Source: Octopus vulgaris (Eukaryota). Taken from it: a stretch of DNA of 64,000 bases. The stretch is from positions 42,408,001 to 42,472,000 of the forward strand of contig OX597820.1 of assembly GCA_951406725.2 (NCBI GenBank), written 5' to 3'. A model generated the notes under the pieces. It saw only the letters and a list, made by a program, of their open reading frames with translations, made no database searches and was not told where the DNA came from. Of this stretch, positions 56,264 through 64,000 are shown piece after piece. The position numbers and the translations under genes were made by a program. Position 1 is the stretch's first letter. Every line of letters begins with the position of its first letter.

Positions 56264-57499
56264 TATACACACATCATTGAAATATATTTCTTGTCGTTCG
56301 TTGTTGCTGTTTTGAGAAATATCACAGGTGTTTTGGGAAAATAATATTGGTTTGCGCTGCTATAAATTGGAAAAAAAGCTACATATAAAATAGCCAACGT
56401 TTGGTGTTATTGATGGTGTCGGGGGAAATCAAACGTTTCAGACAGTGTCACTTTATCGCCAAACTCGATAACTTTGTATTTGTCTGGATCTGATGTGATG
56501 CTGATATGTGTGTTGGTTTTTCACAGACCATTGAGAAATACTGCAGTCATAATTACAAACGAACGTTTTATGCACACACATTGCTAAACACACACACATT
56601 GATAAACACACACACATATATGTACGTGTGCTTGTGTGTGTTAATAAGTGTACGATAAATTATTTATTGTTAACTGTCCACAACTCAAAATTTCATTTGA
56701 CAGAACTTTGCTAACTGCATTCATCGAATCTGACGTCTCAAGTTCAATTTTCACTTCCCTTGTAAACTAAAGACACGCTATCAATTTCAAGCTTGCGGCG
56801 TAAGATGGAGAGCTATAATAGGCAATTTGTTAAATTTTAGGTATTATATTTTCTTTGGAATCATTTGAGTTTGGCGTCTGGAAATTACTTTTCGACCACG
56901 CGAAATAGAATAAAGAGCCATGGTTTTCTGTCAGTCACCAAATTATGTTGGACAGAAATTCAAGAATAAAAGCTTTCGTTGACTCTCTACAATAATAATA
57001 AATTTTAACTCTTTAACTACTTTAACCTCTTGGATTATTGTATGGAGGTAGGAGTAATCGCTATCAGATTATTATGATACAGCTTTCTTCTTTTAAACTC
57101 TTATTTTATCTCCACAGAGAAATATGACAATCAATATCGACTGAATGAAAATACTTTAGTTTATATTTTCTTTCTCTTCTTTTACTGAAGACCTAGAGCA
57201 CAATCACAGAATGGTCTGTGAAAATCCAACGCAAATATCATTATCATATCAGATCACGAATGCACGTAAGGTAAAGTTGGGCTCGGTGGTATTTGAACTC
57301 AAAACCTAAAAAGCCAAAAGAAATACTGTGAAACTTTTTCCGACATTATACTAGACTCGTTCCATCCACCTTGGGTGGAAGTCTAAATTATATGTATAAT
57401 TCATGATTAAAGTTTTTGAGGCCGTGAAAGATTGTTGGTTCTAACTTGTGTGTAAACGCGTTGCTCTTGTTTTGTCGTTAGAATAAGATATCGATGTGC

Positions 57500-60400
57500 A
57501 GTAGTCTTTTGAACATATGCTCAACACTCAGATGACTGACGAATCTGCTGCTTTACCAAAAGCTATCCCACTTGCATTCTCAATATTTATAAATTTGTAA
57601 TTATTTGTAATGTAACACATTCCTATGGCGACGAGCTACCTCTATATTAATCGAATTTGGCAATTTTTATCAGTTACTATATAGATTGGTTGTTCATATG
57701 CCCGTAGAGTTCTTAGTATAGATTTAATCAGCTTAAAATCCATATGTGTGTATGTGTTTGTATGTGAGTACATATGGGTATTTTTCGACGAGTGAACATT
57801 CATGTCAATTGTTATTTACTTCTGGGAGATGTATTCAGGATCAGTGGCTTTAAGTTTGAAAGAATGTACATAATAGGAAGAAAGGTTTTGAATGATCTTG
57901 TTTGGCTGCTATTGTTTGTGAGTGAGGGGATATTAGTTATAATATATGTGTGGGTTTGAGTGACAGCGTAAGTTACGAGAGGTAATAATGCGCTGCCTTT
58001 AGTAGTGCATATAATCTCCTCCGTATATGAATATTTGATGCTGGACTGACAGAAAAAAATGAGTAGTTTATTCTTTCTTATATGTGAAAGTGCTTGTAAT
58101 TCAGTGCGTGCTCTTGAGCAACTTGTTGATCCATGTGAATCTGTGTTGGATTCACAAATGCTCTTGCTTCAAGTCATTTCGATTATTAACAAAGCCTGCT
58201 TCAATAATATTGCTATTAATAAAACATTTAATTCTATCTTCATCTTCTTATAACATTTTCTCCGTCTTCTATCTTTCTAAAAATAGTACTTTTCTTCAAG
58301 ACCATTATTTGCACTTTAATATGTCAAAAACCCATTCATTACAGTTGCATATTCATATTAAATAATGATATACTTTCTTCGATTTCTTAAAAAATTGATT
58401 TTTGGGGCATTTGCGTCCAAGAAATTCTTGGCATTTTCTCTCGCCCCACATTTGAAAGTCATTGATTCATTTCTTATCGGTTTATTAATTATGCATGTAT
58501 TCTCTTCTTGAAAACGCAAGAAAAAATATGCCTTGTGGCATTTACTCCTTATTTTGAGATCTACCATCAAATACAACACAGGTTAATTTTTGTAGTCGAT
58601 TAAAGAAAGTGTCGGTTGCATATTGCAGTCGATGTAATGGACTAAACACCATATTTCAGAACTACTGGCCATGTGCCTAAATTATCAACTTGGGTGATGG
58701 ATTAGCACAATCATTAGAACGTCGATTCTTTACACTACTACATCATATATCACTAAGGTCAGATATGCCTTCATCTACCCAATGGTAATGAAGTAACAAA
58801 CTGCTCAAGAGCTGACGTTGCTTTAAATTACTTACTTCTTTCTTTAAATGTTTGCCCTTGATTCTATATAAACATGTGTAGTGCGCATAAACGTCTTTTA
58901 AAATGTCTGGGTAAGTGTAATTGTTTGTTTCCCAGTAAGATGTGTGTGTGTACCAGTTAAAAACGGGAGTCAAAATCGCTGGCCTTGTGCCAAAATTTGA
59001 AACCAATATATAATTCAAATCATCCCATATATTTTGGAAGCCTCGTGATTTTGAAAATATCACCCTCATGCTGAAATGCCGTAATAGTAAACCTATTTTC
59101 TCATTTATGTTATGTAACGTAATATACATTACTTCCATAAAGTGTGCATGTATGTTTCTGCTGCAAATTATATCGCAGTAATTTCATCAAACTTCGTATT
59201 CCTGTGTGTAATTATTTGTTTCTTAGTGTAACATTTATGAAACAGGACCTTTAAATTTTAGGTCGATACGGCTAGGATCAATTTTCCGTTTTAGATTTCA
59301 ACTAGGTCTCGTATAGTAGGGCTTTTGCGAGTGTTGGTTGCTAAAGTATTTTCTGGCGTCCATAACTTCGGTTCGTGCGTTACAGGAATTTTCCTTTGAT
59401 ATCGACAGTGACTTTGTCATTATGTTCTTTAAGGAGGCAAGTTTGAAGGGTGTGGCGAGAATCGGATTTCAGTAATTGTAGGTTGCATAAGAGCATAAGA
59501 GCTTTTCAACTGTATTCGTTGTAGAGTTTGATGCCAATCACTTAGCAAATGTGAAGTCTTGTCCTCTGGATTGTTGCTTACTGAATCATCATGATTCTGA
59601 AGCAGAAAGCCGGAAGATCCCTCAAAGTTGGAGATACATTCTATTGTCAAATGACTAGTATGATGAATTGTTACACGTGAAGCGTGAGAACATATGGGTT
59701 CTTCAATGCGCGCAGGAATCTCCTACGTTTTGCATGTTTTGTAGCAGTGGATAGAAACAATCCTGTTTGTGGTAGCGAGTAGTTTTAATCAAATTTTGTA
59801 GGCCCCGTTTCTAGCGTAACGACTTTCAAACCGCTACGATTTTGAGATTTAGTTATGCATATTGATTGCTTATGTGATATGAGGCATGCTTAAACATTGC
59901 TTTCGATCACTAGCCTAGCTGTCTAAGATGAGTAAGGACAGACGTTCATGGACTGTTTGCATATATAATTATACACTTGTCAACTCTTTCCGGTATCTAT
60001 TATTCAGTCTACTGTTGTAGAGTATCGGTGCATAAGTTTCTGTAAGAATGTTTGAAAACTATATCAAACCTGTGTCATGATTTTCCCTATCTCACCGATA
60101 AAGTCCCAGCTAACTGCGCAACATATTGCTTTAATTATGAGGAAGCTTGTGTAGAGATATTCTATAAATTCGTTCCCATCATCTAATGCTCCGAATATAT
60201 GCCGCGTAACGAGGGTGGTCCCACGTTCCCACGGACTACTAGAAATCGTAGCCAATTCTTACCTTACTGATTTACACAAAATAGAAGCTCTATTGGATAC
60301 TGTAGTCTTAAGTGTCTGAAAATAAAATTATGTCAGCATGTTTGAAACGTCTTTTATCATAAATCTGCTTTGTTTCTACGGACGTGGGATGTAACAACAA
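57500..60400 (-). mobile_element. Possible ancient LINE remnant
   Basis: Only faint APE-like traces (IFG..D..F...L....WDF) in ORF 60064-60255. Confidence 0.25.
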
Positions 60401-63199
60401 TTACTACGATAGTAGACGATATAATTTTGGGTGGCCTACGTAGAGTCTCCTTTGTTGCACTACAAAGAAGCAGGAAGGAGTTAGCTGTGATTATAGAAAG
60501 ACAAATATGACTTAATTTTTATAAGTTTTAAAGAAGTCATTTCTCTAAGGTGTTGAGCAGTTTATTAAGTAAGGTCATAACTACATATATATTAAATTTT
60601 GTTACAGTTGTTCTTTCCTCTACTTGCACGGAATTTTGCAAACATGGCGTCCAAGCAGCGATCTTTAGCGCTTTGTACGTCTGCGACTATATTGTCCAAT
60701 GTGCCTTTCCTTATTAAGACGGAAGTGTGTGGTTTGAGCACATTCGGTTGATGTTTCTGCAACAAGCAATTGCGCAGAGGTTCCTCGTGGAGTAATGTAT
60801 TTTAACACATGTGATGTTTTGAAAGTTTTATTGTGAACTGCATTCCCTGAAAAATAATGTTTAACTTAAATTTGAGTTGGAATCGATGAGAAATGAATCG
60901 CTCCATGGATAGGAAACCAGCCTGTCACAGATAACATATCCGGAAGATGTATTTCTAAATAGCTACGTGAACTGAGGTTTTTATATAATACATGCTTCTG
61001 ATAAAGGATTCAACAAAATCAAATCGATAGGCCAATAACTTTTGCATTTGGCGCTGTCCTCGCTGCTACACGTATACACATGTACATATAAATATGAACA
61101 CAAAGACCAGAATTCAGCGATGTTTGTTTGAAACAATACTGGAGCTAAAAGCCATATCAAAATTTGTAAATATGTTTACTAAACTGAGATAGAGCATTTC
61201 TTACCTTGCTAGACGCATTTAACTACCAAATCACTTGATGCGTTTGCTCTCTCCGGCCTCTCTGCCTCTACATTAATGCATAATTGTAATCTATTAAATA
61301 GCAGGAAATGTTGCCGCTCTTGACAATGAAGTTACAACGAAAATTAGAGAGTAATTTGTCATGGCAAATTTCTTCAAGGAACAAAGTTCCTCTTATAAAC
61401 AGCGGTACAAAGCGTTGTGGTGTAATGGCATCAGTTCAATTCATTCTAATTTTGATGTTTTTCTCCAGCCTCTCTTATCGAACATTAGTTTTAGGGTACA
61501 TATTAAATAGTCTTTAAATGGAGTGTCTACCAAAGAAATTCTGCATTCTGATGATAACCTTCAAGTATCATTATCACTAGGTGTTATTTAGTGCAATGTT
61601 ACTCGTTTTCGAAGACAGTGGAATCATTCGGATTATGTATAGGCTTGAAAACAAATAAATAACTCATCAAGAATCTGGAACTTTACATAATTTCGATTAA
61701 TAAACCAAACTAAATACAACCGTTCTGTTCATTATTTAATATTGGCTGTAAGTATATTCGTAAAGCCCATTGAACGATATCTTATACTACAGGTTGCGAA
61801 CAGCAACAAGCGAATTTGCTTCGCTATAATGAGACCACTAAATATGGCTGACAATCTCGAAGGATGCAAGATTCGAACCCCGGCATGCAACCATTCGACA
61901 CTAAGCAATTTCTTTTAATTCTGCTTAAGATCTCCATAAGGAATGTGTTTATTTCTGTATGCCATACAATTTAATGTTATGAAATTGAATTCATTTTGTC
62001 AAATGGGGACTAACATAGTTAATAGAGTAGGGCAAAAAGGAATAAAAATCAATAGAAATTACACTTGTAATTAAAAAGAATAGTCAGGGAGAGAAAGAAG
62101 TCTGATATATGTCCGAGGCTCCATTGTAGTTGCTAAAGATCAGACATATTCCCTGCTACTCTTCAATTAATCTTTAACCAATTTAAATTTCGGAGAGCTC
62201 CACTTTCCTATTTCGTCAGGAATTGCCTTTGATGTTACTGTGTTTTGTTAGCAATTCAAATATTCATTTTGGATCAGAATATTAAGCTTGTTGTCTCACA
62301 CTTAACTATATGTTCTTCACGAGAAAAGCATCCATAGGAAAATTTCCAAATTTTAATTAGCCTTTTGTAGGTACTGCTCCTCATTGTGGAAATATTGCGT
62401 AAATTAGAATAGCTTCTCTTTTGTTCACATTAAAATAGCTACTCTCAGCACTTTGAAACGCGTATTCACAGCTTGCAGTCTAGATTACAATCTACAACTG
62501 GCTTGTCATCTCAGATCTCCGATACCACAAATCAACTAATAGACGCCAAACACCATTACTCCATCTCTTACGTTACTTTCTCATTTCTTTGCAAATGTAC
62601 TTTTATAACTTAACTGTAGTCTATTCTTTTTTTTTTTTGTTTTTGCTATTTTTAACAATTAGTTTGGAATTGTTTACAGCATCTGCTGTTTGTCAATGAA
62701 TACACACGGGCATCGAAAATTTAGCAAAGCCATGTATATGTGGTTATGAAGTTTGATTCGCAACCACAAGGTTCCGGGTTCGAATCAGTTTCTGGGGAAA
62801 TGTTGTCTACCATAGGTTCAGTTGAAAAATACTTTGTTAGTGGAATTTTTTTTAAAGGAAACTGTGTGGAAACACGAATGCGTGCGTGTGTATTTGTGAG
62901 TGAGTGAGTGAGTGTGTGTGTGTGTGTGTGTATGTGTGTGTGTGTGTGTGAGTGTGTAAGTATTCGTGCACATTTGTGTGTTATGTATAGAATGCTTGCA
63001 TTCATCTTACAGCACCTAACCGGAAAAAATTATCATCGACTAAGCATTTCACTTTTTTTAAACGTTGTTATTATTTATGGTATCGAGAACTTATGGCAGA
63101 CGTCACTACTCACATTGGGGTTTTGTCACTGTCTAATATTCTACTGTTATATTTCGTATCATAACTGACATTAGTAGCAATATTATATGGGTTTAAGTT

Positions 63200-63650
63200 G
63201 GCGAGCTGGTAAAGGGGTTAGTACTTTGAGCAAAATGCTTAACGGCATTTAATCTATCTTTACTATCTGAGTTCAAACTCAACCGAGGTCACGTTCGCTT
63301 TTCATCATTTCAAGGTGGATAAAGTAAGCATCTATTGCACCCTGTAGGCGATGTAATCGAATAATCTCCTCCCTCGAGATTGCCAGCCTTCTGAAAAGAT
63401 TTGGACCCAACATCATTACTGTAGAAATTTAATATTTTTTACTGCTAAGACAGCTTCCAGGTGGAATCATTAGCCCGTCAGACACAATGCTCAGCGGTAT
63501 TTCTTCCGGTTCCATATATACTGAGCTCGAAATTTGCGCTTCTTCCTTACGTGGTCGATTAGATAAATATCAATTGAGTACAGGAGTCGATGGAATCAAT
63601 TAATCTCTCCCATTAAAATTGTTGAAATTGTACCAAAATTTGAATCCGAT
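63200..63650 (+). mobile_element. Two diverged SINE copies (family of 16997-17450)
   Basis: GGCGAGCTGG..TGAGTTCAAA..CGAGGTC..GCTTTTCATC; further diverged copies near 36620, 42580, 53760 and 57270. Confidence 0.65.
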
Positions 63651-64000
63651 ATCATAATCTTCAATTTTAATTCTGTTGTATAAGGATCGCAAATCAATCT
63701 TTCTTTCACACCATTAACTTTGGTAGTAAACCTCAAGATTAAACTGATGATGAGCTGCTCCAGCATATTCAACCATGTATAAATTTATTCAGATATAGTA
63801 CATTTCACGCATAATCATTTATGTGTAGTGTGCTTGGAAACGGAAGGAAAGTGAAACATTTGGAACTGCCTACTAAACTTGTGCTGTGCTGAAACTTCGC
63901 CTTTTCCTTGTCTTATAAGCAACTCTACAAAATTCTCACGCATCAATTTTACCGGTGGTACGAACTTGGAATCTATTGTATTATAAGAATTAGTTTGCCA

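Noticed and set aside
61855-61895. tRNA-like GGTTCGAATC (minus strand), similarly at 62777
   Set aside because: No cloverleaf or acceptor stem; these are SINE head remnants

Overview
AT-rich, repeat-saturated eukaryotic DNA. The extreme (TA)n/(CA)n/(AAT)n/(GATA)n microsatellite load and the tRNA-derived SINE families suggest a coleoid cephalopod, probably Octopus (inference from recognition, not a database search). No host protein-coding gene could be supported, and almost all listed ORFs are microsatellite artefacts. The window holds decayed transposons: a full-length mariner pseudogene, a 5'-truncated RTE LINE with a long target-site duplication, three Penelope-like (RT and/or GIY-YIG) remnants, R4/Dong-like and L1/Tx1-like fragments, non-autonomous Helitrons, many SINEs, fold-back palindromes and a local ~1 kb duplication. 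The most interesting signal is a set of minimal type I hammerhead-ribozyme-like motifs with palindromic stem III. Their core positions 3 and 8 appear to covary: C3-G8 at 27742 and 19944, G3-C8 at 49462, and an inferred U3-A8 ancestor in the 32609-32878 palindrome.
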